In this document: positions 1 through 8,898 of the stretch, piece after piece
How positions within the stretch are numbered: the first letter of the stretch is position 1
How the letters are laid out: the number at the start of each line of letters is the position of its first letter
Assembly: GCA_002362175.1 (NCBI GenBank)
Contig: DETU01000082.1
Span: 19,233 to 83,232 of the forward strand
Reading direction: 5' to 3'
Source: Ruminococcus sp. UBA3280
GTDB lineage: Bacteria; Bacillota; Clostridia; Oscillospirales; Ruminococcaceae
Length of the DNA stretch: 64,000 bases
Program-made: the position numbers and the translations under genes
The notes under the pieces: model-generated
Told to the model about the DNA's origin: nothing
Seen by the model: the letters and a program-made list of their open reading frames with translations, nothing else
Database searches by the model: none

Positions 1-1
1 T

Positions 2-64
2 GGTGAACTTATGGATAACAAAGGTTTCTATGCTGAACTTTATAACAGTCAGTTTGCAACCTGA
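2..64 (+). CDS. 3' end of a probable ABC exporter ATP-binding/permease protein (partial)
   Basis: Frame 2 reads GELMDNKGFYAELYNSQFAT-stop, the typical C-terminal tail of ABC exporters. Confidence 0.6.
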   Translation, partial: GELMDNKGFYAELYNSQFAT

Positions 65-173
65 TATGTATCTTTGTTTAATTTTCAACAATAATTTTTG
101 TTGAAAAATAATAAAACCGCCTGTATTATTACAGATGTTTAGCATATATTTATATAAATTGACTATTATATGC

Positions 174-202
174 TTGACCGACGCAGGTTAATATGATATA
201 AT
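174..202 (+). promoter_or_regulatory. sigma-A promoter
   Basis: TTGACC-17 bp-TATAAT with extended TG. Confidence 0.7.
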
Positions 203-261
203 ATTCAGAACAGAGTGAGATATTTCTGTAAAATTAAAAATATTCAGAGGGGGTTGTATCT

Positions 262-1494
262 GTGATTACATTTGATGCAGCAAAAGACATACTGAAAAAA
301 TATGGTCAGGAGCATATACTTGCTTATTATGACGAATTGAATGAAAATGAAAGGGCTGAACTTCTTTCGCAGATTGAAATGACTGATTTTTCTGTTCTTG
401 AAAATCTGAGTGAAGAAAAAAATGCTTTATCAAAAAGAGGAAAGTTTGAACCGCTTGGGGCTGTTACTATTGAAGATATTGCGGAAAACAGAGAAAAATA
501 CTATTCCGCAGGTTCAGAGGCAATAAAAGAGGGAAAAGTTGCCGCTGTTCTTCTTGCAGGCGGACAGGGTACACGTCTTGGTTTTGACAAGCCTAAGGGA
601 ATGTTCAACATAGGTGTTTCAAAGGAACTCTATATATTTGAATGTCTTATGAATAACCTCATGAAAATAGTGAAAAGTACAGGTTCATATGTTCCGCTGT
701 ATATCATGACAAGCGAAAAAAATCATCATGATACGGTAAATTTCTTTGAGGAAAAGAATTATTTTGGATACGACAGTAGTTATATAAAGTTTTTTATTCA
801 GGATATGGCACCGTCTGTTGATTTCAACGGTAAAATCTACATGGAAAGTAAATCCGATATATCTATTTCCCCGAACGGCAACGGCGGTTGGTTTTCATCA
901 ATAGTGCGTGCGGGACTTTTAAATGACATAAAGAAAAAAGGTATTGAATGGATAAACGTTTTTGCGGTTGACAATGTTCTCCAGCAGATTGCAGACCCAT
1001 GTTTTATAGGTGCGGTTATAAATTCGGGAAGTCAGTCGGGAAGCAAGGTGGTAAGCAAAGTTTCACCTGAAGAAAGAGTAGGCGTGCTTTGTCTGGAGGA
1101 CGGCAAGCCGTCTATCGTGGAATATTATGAAATGACTGAGGAAATGCGTACTCTTGTTACGGAAAACGGTCAGCTTGCCTATAAATATGGCGTAATTCTC
1201 AATTACCTTTTCAGAGTGGACAGGCTTGAAGATATTATTGCCGAAAAAATGCCTGTACACGTTGTTGAGAAGAAAATTCCGTATATGGACAATAACGGCG
1301 GTTTTGTCATTCCCGAAAAGAACAACGGCTATAAATTTGAGACTCTTGTTCTTGATATGGTTCATCTTCAGGAAAGCTGTCTGCCTTATGAGGTAGAACG
1401 CAGTAAGGAATTTGCACCTGTAAAAAATGCAGAGGGCGTTGACTCCGTTGAATCGGCAAGAAAACTCCTCATACAGAACGGTATTGAATTATAA
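262..1494 (+). CDS. UDPGP type-1 family uridylyltransferase (UDP-GlcNAc/UDP-hexose pyrophosphorylase-like)
   Basis: LLAGGQGTRLG..PKG, PNGNGG, VDN and YKFE motifs. Confidence 0.85.
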   Translation: MITFDAAKDILKKYGQEHILAYYDELNENERAELLSQIEMTDFSVLENLSEEKNALSKRGKFEPLGAVTIEDIAENREKYYSAGSEAIKEGKVAAVLLAGGQGTRLGFDKPKGMFNIGVSKELYIFECLMNNLMKIVKSTGSYVPLYIMTSEKNHHDTVNFFEEKNYFGYDSSYIKFFIQDMAPSVDFNGKIYMESKSDISISPNGNGGWFSSIVRAGLLNDIKKKGIEWINVFAVDNVLQQIADPCFIGAVINSGSQSGSKVVSKVSPEERVGVLCLEDGKPSIVEYYEMTEEMRTLVTENGQLAYKYGVILNYLFRVDRLEDIIAEKMPVHVVEKKIPYMDNNGGFVIPEKNNGYKFETLVLDMVHLQESCLPYEVERSKEFAPVKNAEGVDSVESARKLLIQNGIEL

Positions 1495-1503
1495 TTCAGA
1501 AAG

Positions 1504-1531
1504 AACAGACTGTATTTGCAGTCTGTTTTTT
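1504..1531 (+). terminator. Rho-independent terminator
   Basis: aacagactg/cagtctgtt stem followed by a T-run. Confidence 0.75.
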
Positions 1532-1564
1532 ATATTGTTTATTGTTATTTTTATAGAATTACTA

Positions 1565-1593
1565 TTGACTTGTGGATAAATATGGTGTATAAT
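1565..1593 (+). promoter_or_regulatory. sigma-A promoter of ldh
   Basis: TTGACT-17 bp-TATAAT. Confidence 0.75.
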
Positions 1594-1624
1594 TAATATA
1601 TAATTTCAGTTACGGAGGTTTAAT

Positions 1625-2578
1625 ATGAATACTGATAAAAGAAAAGTAGTGCTGATTGGTACAGGTATGGTAGGTATGAGTTTTGCATATGCTCTTGTAA
1701 ATCAGGGCGGTATATGCAATGAGCTTGTACTTATTGATGTAAACAGGGAACGTGCAAACGGTGAGGCTATGGATTTGAATCATGGTCTTGCTTTTGCAAA
1801 GTCAAATATGAGAATATATGCAGGTGATTACAAGGACTGCAAAGACGCTGATATTGTGGTTATAGCCGCAGGTGTCGCACAGAAAGAGGGCGAAACCCGT
1901 CTTGACCTTCTGCAAAGAAATACAGAGGTTTTCCGCTCTATTATAAATCCTGTAGTCAAATCAGGTTTTGACGGCATATTCCTTGTTGCAACAAATCCTG
2001 TTGACATCATGACAAGAGTTACCTATGAACTCTCACGTTTCGGTGCGTCAAGAGTTATCGGTACGGGTACTTCTCTTGATACCGCAAGACTCCGTTATCT
2101 TCTCGGTGACTATTTCACGGTTGACCCGAAAAATATTCACGCCTATGTTATCGGTGAACACGGAGACAGTGAATTTGTTCCTCTTTCTCAGGTTATGCTT
2201 GCAACCAAGTCTGTTACCGAGATTCTTGAGGACGAACGCAATGATTACAATATAGATGATATGCAATCCATTGAGGAGCAGGTGCGTACAGCTGCTTATA
2301 AGATTATTGAGGCAAAGAGGGCTACTTATTACGGTATCGGTATGGCTATAACACGTATTATAAAGGCTATTCTCGGTGATGAAAACAGCGTGCTGACCGT
2401 TTCTGCAAAACTCTGCGGAGAGTACGACAGCAAGAACGTATTTATAGGTGTACCGTGTATTATCGGAAGAAACGGTGTAAAGGAAATTGTTGAACTTTCA
2501 CTCACAGATGAGGAAAAGGAAAAGTTCCAGAATTCAAGACAGGTGCTTGAAGATAGTTTCGACGGTCTTAATCTCTGA
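1625..2578 (+). CDS. ldh: L-lactate dehydrogenase
   Basis: GTGMVG Rossmann motif, GETRLDL, NPVD, LDTARL, GEHGDS, ATYYGI. Confidence 0.92.
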   Translation: MNTDKRKVVLIGTGMVGMSFAYALVNQGGICNELVLIDVNRERANGEAMDLNHGLAFAKSNMRIYAGDYKDCKDADIVVIAAGVAQKEGETRLDLLQRNTEVFRSIINPVVKSGFDGIFLVATNPVDIMTRVTYELSRFGASRVIGTGTSLDTARLRYLLGDYFTVDPKNIHAYVIGEHGDSEFVPLSQVMLATKSVTEILEDERNDYNIDDMQSIEEQVRTAAYKIIEAKRATYYGIGMAITRIIKAILGDENSVLTVSAKLCGEYDSKNVFIGVPCIIGRNGVKEIVELSLTDEEKEKFQNSRQVLEDSFDGLNL

Positions 2579-2631
2579 TATTATTACGGATAAAAAATTA
2601 TTTATCACACGAATTACAGAATATTTTGTAT

Positions 2632-2661
2632 AAAAAAAGGACTTTTTAAGGTCCTTTTTTT
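2632..2661 (+). terminator. Rho-independent terminator
   Basis: A7-ggac..gtcc-T7 inverted repeat. Confidence 0.7.
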
Positions 2662-2750
2662 GTCATGTGAATTTATCGGATAACAGTTGACATTGCAGTA
2701 AAAAAGTGCTAAAATGCTAATCGATATACAAAAAAAGGAGTGATGTCAGC

Positions 2751-4109
2751 ATGACTAAAAGCATGACAGAGGGCAGTCCTATAAAGCTTATTCTCAGCTT
2801 TTCATTGCCTTTACTTTTAGGAAACATTTTACAACAGGCTTACAACATGATTGATGCGGCAATAGTCGGTCGTGTACTTGGTGTTGACGCTCTTGCGGCG
2901 GTCAGTGCAACAAGTAGTGTATTGTTTCTTGTTCTCGGTTTCTGTATCGGTATCTGTGCAGGATTCGGAATACCTATGGCTAAATATTTCGGTGCAAATC
3001 AGACTGACAGGCTACGCAGTACGGTTTTTCACTCATATCTTTTAACTGGAATATTTGCAGTTGTTCTTACTGTCATAACCTGTATTTTCTGCAACAGTAT
3101 TCTTGATATAATGAAAGTCTCCGGAAATATCCGCAAAGACGCTTATATGTATCTGTTTATCATATTTACGGGCATACCGTTTTCGTTGTTATATAATCTT
3201 CTTTCAGGTATGCTCCGTGCCATAGGAGACAGTAAAACGCCGTTTATATTTCTTGCGGTATCGGCTGTTCTGAATATAATACTTGATTTTACATTCATAG
3301 TAATTATACCGCTTGGCTGTGCAGGTGCGGCACTCGCCACAATCATGGCACAAGCCTGTAGTGGTATTGCCTGTTTCATAGTTATTCAGAAGAAATATCC
3401 GTTGCTGAAACTCACTAAAGATATATGCAGATACAATTCATATGCCGTAAAGGAACTTTTTATAATGGGTGTTCCTATGGGATTACAGTATTCCATTACA
3501 GCTATCGGTGCTATGGTCATGCAGTCGGCAAATAACAGTCTTGATGATGTTTATAAGTCGGCGTTTGCGGTATCTTCCAAATTAAATCAGCTTGCGATGT
3601 GCCCTTTTGACGCAATAGCAACGGGTGTGTCGGTATTCAGCAGTCAGAATCTTGGTGCGGGAAATATTGACAGGGTAAAAAAAGGTATTATAAGGGGTAC
3701 AGCTGTAAATACCTCATATGGAATAATAATTGGAATGGTTCTTATTTTCTTCGGCAGATTTCTTGCACTTATGTTTGTAAAAAGTACGGAAACGATTGTT
3801 ATTGAAGAAGCGGCAAGATATATGATACACGTCGGTCTGTTCTATTGGTCACTCGGTATTTTAAATACTACCCGTATGAGTATACAGGGTATCGGTTACT
3901 CGGGAATGGCTATATTTTCGGGTGTGCTGGAGATGTTCGCACGAATATTTGTAAGCAGAACGTTCATTAACGAATATGGTTTCAAAGCTATATGTCTCTC
4001 AGACCCGACAGCATGGATTGTTGCGTCTCTTTACTGCGTTATAGTCTGTGTGATATGCGTAAGGAAAGCGTCTGCAAAAAGCGTGATACGTGAAAATATA
4101 AAAGTCTGA
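2751..4109 (+). CDS. MATE family efflux transporter
   Basis: MTEGSPIKLILSFSLPLLLGNILQQAYNMID N-terminus, LRAIGDSKTP, about 12 hydrophobic segments. Confidence 0.9.
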   Translation: MTKSMTEGSPIKLILSFSLPLLLGNILQQAYNMIDAAIVGRVLGVDALAAVSATSSVLFLVLGFCIGICAGFGIPMAKYFGANQTDRLRSTVFHSYLLTGIFAVVLTVITCIFCNSILDIMKVSGNIRKDAYMYLFIIFTGIPFSLLYNLLSGMLRAIGDSKTPFIFLAVSAVLNIILDFTFIVIIPLGCAGAALATIMAQACSGIACFIVIQKKYPLLKLTKDICRYNSYAVKELFIMGVPMGLQYSITAIGAMVMQSANNSLDDVYKSAFAVSSKLNQLAMCPFDAIATGVSVFSSQNLGAGNIDRVKKGIIRGTAVNTSYGIIIGMVLIFFGRFLALMFVKSTETIVIEEAARYMIHVGLFYWSLGILNTTRMSIQGIGYSGMAIFSGVLEMFARIFVSRTFINEYGFKAICLSDPTAWIVASLYCVIVCVICVRKASAKSVIRENIKV

Positions 4110-4115
4110 CTACAT

Positions 4116-4146
4116 AAAAAACTCCCTTTTTACAGGGAGTTTCTTT
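4116..4146. terminator. Bidirectional terminator between convergent genes
   Basis: aaactccct/agggagttt stem flanked by A- and T-rich runs. Confidence 0.65.
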
Positions 4147-4170
4147 ATAAGGAGGTTATTCTAGATCTTG

Positions 4171-6126
4171 TTAATATAAATCTTGACAAGATAATAAATC
4201 GGACAGGTCAACAAAGCCGTTGTCGTTCATTGAAAGGTAGAGATTGTCACGTAAATTGTCCTCAACTATATATGCAAGCGTTACTTCAACAGATTCTCCC
4301 GGAGCAATGTTGATGTTGTTTTTATCGGACTGTTTCGGACAACTGAATGAGAAGTGCATATCGTCAGCTGTAAGATATCTGAAAGTATCAATACAATCAA
4401 TATTATTTGTTGATATTTCTGTCTGCATTTTAATTATATCGTAAATGCGTTGACGGAAAAAATATCCGTCATATTTTGTCTGTAAGGTCGGACATACGCA
4501 GTAATCGTCAACAGGTTCTGTACCGTTGTTTGTATAGGTGATGTTTACCGTCATAACGCTTATCGGTACTGTTTCAGTTCCGTATTCAGTTTCAGTACCA
4601 TTTTCAAACTTAACCCATTTGCGTACATTTTCAACAAGCGTGCCATCTGTGTTGAGATACTCGCTGTAATCAGCCTTCAAGCCTATGCCGTCAGTTGTAA
4701 GCCCGTTAAAATCGTCATCGAAACGCACACCGGTTACTTTAGCGGAAACATTTCCCCAAATGTCCGGATTTTTTTCATAGACTTCTTCGCAGACTTGTGC
4801 TATAGTACTATCCTCGACTGGTATTCCCATATTTTCATAAGAACCGACTGTGAATTCTGTGTTTTCCTGTTCATTCTGAGGCTGTGTATATATTCCTGCT
4901 GTTTCAGTATCGGACGGAACAAGTTTAACGTTATCAATAATCTTTTTGAAATCTTCTTCCGAAATGCCGTCGGTTACATATAACTGAAGTACATACGGCG
5001 TATTGTCAAAATATATAAATGCTATACGTCCGAAATTATGTTCAGGATTATCAGGAATATAAGTGCCTCTGTAATATATTGAAACGGTTTTGCCGTCAAG
5101 TAACCATTCGCCCTTTGCAGCTTCTATTTCCGGGTTTCCGATGTCTTCGTAATATGTTACACCTTCCGGAACTCTTGAAAAAATGGGTGTCATACCGTCG
5201 TCAGTACTCCAATTATGGAATTTTCTTCCATAAGGACTCTCGTCTTCCTGATATTCGAGACCTTCGGGCAACCAGCCATATTCAAGGTTATATATTGTGT
5301 CATAGTCAATATCATCTTCTGCGAACTGGTGGATTTCTTCGTTAACCTGTCCGTCGTCCTCACCGTCTGTTATGGTGACTTCCGTGTCTGCCACCTGCTC
5401 ACCAGTATATATATCAGCTATTTCGGTATCGGACGGAACAAGCCTTACATTTTCAATAATTTTCCTGAAATCGTCCTTTGTGATGTCGTCGGTTACAAAC
5501 AGTTCAAGTTCATACGGAGTATTTTTAAAATATATTGTTGCTACACGTCCGTAATTCGTACAGTCTTTATTTGTTGAATTTTCTACATAATTATCACTAT
5601 ATCTTATGTCAATAGTTTTATCGTCGGTATCATATTCATCACGTACAGTTAATGCCTTGCCGTTTTCAGTTTTTTCGCCGGAAAGATTTTTTATAAATGA
5701 GGCTATCATAAAGACTTTTTCATTAATGGCATTTGTAAAATAAGTATAAGACTCTTCATTTTTATATTCAAAGTCCTCCGGCAACCAGCCGAATTCAATG
5801 TTATAGATTGTGTCATTTTCTTTTTCTTCCACCTGTGATGTCAATTTGCTTGTTTCTTCTTCGTCCGATACCTGTGCATACTGTTGTGTGGTGTTTGAAC
5901 CGAGATAGATAACCGTCGGGACTGCAACAACTGTAAGAGCTGCCGCTGCAACTGTCAGATTCATGATTAAATTATTTTTTTTCATAGTAATTCCTTTCCG
6001 CATTGACTGCATAGAATGCTTTTTCATGTTGTATTTTTCAGAAAATACGTGGAATTCGTCTGATGAAAATGCGTCATCAACTATTTTCTTCCACTCATTG
6101 CTGTCTGGGAGTTTCATATTTTTCAT
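4171..6126 (-). CDS. Membrane-anchored anti-sigma-like protein with two tandem DUF4367-like extracellular repeats and a C-terminal Ig-like domain
   Basis: Overlaps the 3' end of an ECF sigma gene; short N-terminal segment, single TM (LTVAAAALTVVAVPTVIYL), duplicated GWLPE...F(R/K)KII(E/D)NV domains. Confidence 0.7.
   Translation of the reverse strand: MKNMKLPDSNEWKKIVDDAFSSDEFHVFSEKYNMKKHSMQSMRKGITMKKNNLIMNLTVAAAALTVVAVPTVIYLGSNTTQQYAQVSDEEETSKLTSQVEEKENDTIYNIEFGWLPEDFEYKNEESYTYFTNAINEKVFMIASFIKNLSGEKTENGKALTVRDEYDTDDKTIDIRYSDNYVENSTNKDCTNYGRVATIYFKNTPYELELFVTDDITKDDFRKIIENVRLVPSDTEIADIYTGEQVADTEVTITDGEDDGQVNEEIHQFAEDDIDYDTIYNLEYGWLPEGLEYQEDESPYGRKFHNWSTDDGMTPIFSRVPEGVTYYEDIGNPEIEAAKGEWLLDGKTVSIYYRGTYIPDNPEHNFGRIAFIYFDNTPYVLQLYVTDGISEEDFKKIIDNVKLVPSDTETAGIYTQPQNEQENTEFTVGSYENMGIPVEDSTIAQVCEEVYEKNPDIWGNVSAKVTGVRFDDDFNGLTTDGIGLKADYSEYLNTDGTLVENVRKWVKFENGTETEYGTETVPISVMTVNITYTNNGTEPVDDYCVCPTLQTKYDGYFFRQRIYDIIKMQTEISTNNIDCIDTFRYLTADDMHFSFSCPKQSDKNNINIAPGESVEVTLAYIVEDNLRDNLYLSMNDNGFVDLSDLLSCQDLY
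4884..5814 (-). repeat. Intragenic tandem domain duplication (about 140 aa x2)
   Basis: DTIYN(I/L)E(F/Y)GWLPE...NTPY...VTD...LVPSDTE..IYT occurs twice; the 17-mer gtatcggacggaacaag is identical at 4907 and 5426. Confidence 0.85.
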
Positions 6127-6649
6127 CAGTCAAATCTCCTTTCATGTTGATAAGATGTTTTCTGGCACGTTCAAAACGTTTCCGTGCGGTACTTTCGGTG
6201 AGGGAAGTTCTTTCCGCAACTTCTTTCCATGAAAGTTCGTTACCGCATCGCAGATTTATAATATTACGGTCAGTTTCGTTAAGTTTATTTAATAAATTTC
6301 TTTTGTTCTGCCTGTCCATTACCGCCTCAACGTGTTCCTCGACGTTCTGTGAAGTGTCGGGAATCTGCTTTGTACTTTCATCTATCGGACTTTCACGGAC
6401 AAGTGAGCGTTTGTTCTTTCTGTAAATGTTTATGGACGTACTCTTTATTACTTTGACTATATATGCTTTTGTTTTCGGGCTGTCGGGGTCTTTTATCTTT
6501 TTAAGACGGTCGATTATTCTTATGAAAGCGTCTGAAACTGCATCTTCCGCAAGGTCGCTTCTTTTGAGTACGGCGAATGATATTCTGTACATAGGCTGTT
6601 CGTAAATTTCATAAATCCTTTTTATTTTTTCGGAATCTTCGTGTGTCAT
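6095..6649 (-). CDS. ECF-type RNA polymerase sigma factor
   Basis: AEDAVSDAFIRI region 2; region-4 HTH LSWKEVA..ESTARKRFERARKHL; start moved to ATG 6649 behind GAGGTG. Confidence 0.88.
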   Translation of the reverse strand: MTHEDSEKIKRIYEIYEQPMYRISFAVLKRSDLAEDAVSDAFIRIIDRLKKIKDPDSPKTKAYIVKVIKSTSINIYRKNKRSLVRESPIDESTKQIPDTSQNVEEHVEAVMDRQNKRNLLNKLNETDRNIINLRCGNELSWKEVAERTSLTESTARKRFERARKHLINMKGDLTDEKYETPRQQ

Positions 6650-6886
6650 CAAATCACCTCTCTTTCGGACGTCCTGTATAATATAACACATTTTCTTAAT
6701 GAGATGTGACATTTTTTACAGAAAAAATATATGAATTTTTTGTAAACTTTATATTAATAATTTGCGTGAATGAATAAAACGTGATAGAATATATAAAGGT
6801 GGGTATTAAAATAAAAAAATATCTTAAAAATATGTCCTTTTTTATTGTATCATGCGAATGTATTAACAGGTGGTGGAGGTGAAGAA

Positions 6887-7453
6887 ATGACCGATTTGGA
6901 ATGGGAGTATTTATTTGAAGATTCTCCTCAGAAGGCTTATGAATATTTTATTGAACAGTACGGTAATCTCATATATGCTATAGTTCTCAATAAAATCGGT
7001 AACTGTGGTTCAAGAGAAGATGTTGAGGACTGCGTAAGTGACATTATGATTGAATTTTTCAGGAATGCAGGAAGATTTTCGTCGGAAAGCGGAAGTCTCA
7101 AGTCATATATAAGCACTATCGCAAAACGCAGGGCTATTGACGCTTTCAGACAAATTACAGGCAGAAATAATATGTGTTCGGATATAGACGACGAAAGTAT
7201 TGTTATTCCGCCGTCGTCCGACGATACCGAAGAAGAAGCGGAAAAACGCATATTCAGTCAGAATCTCTGGAATATAGTTAAATCACTCGGAGAGCCTGAC
7301 AGTTCAATAATAGTATATCAGTATTTTTACAATCATACAGTGCATGAAATTGCAAAAATGCTTGAAATGACATCGGGTGCTGTACAAAAAAGAAGTATAC
7401 GTGCAAGAAAGAAAATAGGTACAATCCTTAGAAATGGTGATTATTATGAATAA
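6887..7453 (+). CDS. ECF-type RNA polymerase sigma factor
   Basis: EDVEDCVSD, GSLKSYISTIAKRRAID, TVHEIAKMLEMTSGAVQKRSIRARKK; ATG 6887 behind GGAGGT. Confidence 0.88.
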   Translation: MTDLEWEYLFEDSPQKAYEYFIEQYGNLIYAIVLNKIGNCGSREDVEDCVSDIMIEFFRNAGRFSSESGSLKSYISTIAKRRAIDAFRQITGRNNMCSDIDDESIVIPPSSDDTEEEAEKRIFSQNLWNIVKSLGEPDSSIIVYQYFYNHTVHEIAKMLEMTSGAVQKRSIRARKKIGTILRNGDYYE

Positions 7454-8738
7454 AAACGAAAAAGATTTTATGAATCAGCTGAATAACCTTGATGACCTTT
7501 CTGTTGAGGAAATAGCAGAAAATTATCCTGCACTTGATGAACATTCCAAAAAACGCATTTTAAAGAAATGTATGAAGAAAAGCGGTTTTTCCACTGATAC
7601 CGACGACGACGGCAGGGAAGAAATTATTGTTTCGGGAACTGAACGCTATAACCGTGCTTCCTGGTATAAGTACGCTGCGTCTGCCGCTGCTTTTGTTATA
7701 GCCGCTGTAGGAATTACAAGTGTTGTTCTGCTTCACAGGAATCTCAATGGTGATGATGATTTTGAACTTGACAATCCACCTGCGGTAAGCAGTTATGACT
7801 CAGAGGCTGACAACATATCGGAACAGGCTACCGGAACAACAAAAGAAAAGGGATATGTTGCAGGTGGTCATGACTATGCAAATGATGCCGATTATTCGGG
7901 AATAATTGTGGGCGGAACTCCTCAGACACCACCGGCTGTTGAAGAATCTTCCACAGGATATACGGCGGAAACAAACGATACCCCCGTTGTGAATAATAAT
8001 AACAGCAACAATAATACACCCGTACAGCCTGCAACACAAGCACCTGTCGCACCTCCTGTGACAGAAGCACCGACAACTGCTCCGCCTGTAACAGAGCCTG
8101 TTACAGATAATAATACTCAGTCGGAAGCACAGAAAACTTATCTTAGTGGTTTATATTATGCCGAAATTGAGGGCGTAAGCGGTTGTATGGGCTTTGATTT
8201 TTCACCGGATGGTACACTGGTAAAATTTGCCTTTAATGATTATGGAAATATAATGGACGAAACCAAAGTGAAATGTAATTATGAAATAGTTGAAAATCAG
8301 TTTTCTTTTGGTTACCTTGACAGTGAGCTTAATAAAAGAATCGGAACTATTGTAAATCCCAATGACGCAGAAAACTTTACTGTACAGTTTGATGAAATGG
8401 GCGGAACAGAGATATGGCATTTTAATGTCGGAGACCCCATTTTTACAAAGTTTAAAGAGGAAATTATTCTTTCCGGTTCATCATATTATGGTTATGGTGT
8501 GAATGACGAAAGAGTATTTACTTTTTATGAGGGCGGTACAAGCGGAAACTATATAAATACAAAAGACGGTATAGGATTATCTTTCACATATTTCATAAAC
8601 GGTGATGAAATTACTTTCCATATGGGTGCAAATGACAGTACTATCAAGGCAAAAATTATTACAGATAATATTGATTGTTCATTTGCTCTGCAATGGCCCG
8701 ACGGAAATATAGAATATTTTTATTATGATAGTTTCTGA
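7446..8738 (+). CDS. Membrane-anchored anti-sigma-like protein with a Pro/Thr linker and two beta-rich extracellular modules
   Basis: Overlaps the sigma gene stop; about 75 aa cytoplasmic part, single TM (YAASAAAFVIAAVGITSVVLL), PVQPATQAPVAPPVTEAPTTAPPVTEP linker. Confidence 0.7.
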   Translation: MNKNEKDFMNQLNNLDDLSVEEIAENYPALDEHSKKRILKKCMKKSGFSTDTDDDGREEIIVSGTERYNRASWYKYAASAAAFVIAAVGITSVVLLHRNLNGDDDFELDNPPAVSSYDSEADNISEQATGTTKEKGYVAGGHDYANDADYSGIIVGGTPQTPPAVEESSTGYTAETNDTPVVNNNNSNNNTPVQPATQAPVAPPVTEAPTTAPPVTEPVTDNNTQSEAQKTYLSGLYYAEIEGVSGCMGFDFSPDGTLVKFAFNDYGNIMDETKVKCNYEIVENQFSFGYLDSELNKRIGTIVNPNDAENFTVQFDEMGGTEIWHFNVGDPIFTKFKEEIILSGSSYYGYGVNDERVFTFYEGGTSGNYINTKDGIGLSFTYFINGDEITFHMGANDSTIKAKIITDNIDCSFALQWPDGNIEYFYYDSF

Positions 8739-8786
8739 TAATAAATATTATTAACGAAATCTACAAAATTCAACCTCCTTATTTAA

Positions 8787-8818
8787 TCTCCCTGCAAAAT
8801 TGATTTTTTGCGGGGAGA
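8787..8818 (+). terminator. Stem-loop, probable terminator
   Basis: tctccctgcaaaa/ttttgcggggaga inverted repeat. Confidence 0.55.
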
Positions 8819-8837
8819 CGTGTTTTATAATAACGAA

Positions 8838-8866
8838 TTGACATATTATATCCACAGTGGTATAAT
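8838..8866 (+). promoter_or_regulatory. sigma-A promoter
   Basis: Perfect TTGACA-17 bp-TATAAT with extended TG. Confidence 0.8.
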
Positions 8867-8898
8867 TTATTTGTATTATGAGGAAAGGAGTTTTTATT

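Noticed and set aside
1540-1560. Possible Rex operator upstream of ldh (ttgttatttttatagaa)
   Set aside because: Poor palindrome of the wrong length in very AT-rich DNA.
6680-6865. Specific ECF promoter motifs (TGTC...GTTAT/GTATT) in front of the two sigma genes
   Set aside because: Spacings differ (18 vs 21 bp), and no consensus can be supported from two examples.
7991-8015. (AAT/AAC)n run in the anti-sigma gene as a phase-variation tract
   Set aside because: An impure trinucleotide repeat; it cannot shift the frame and simply encodes an Asn-rich linker.
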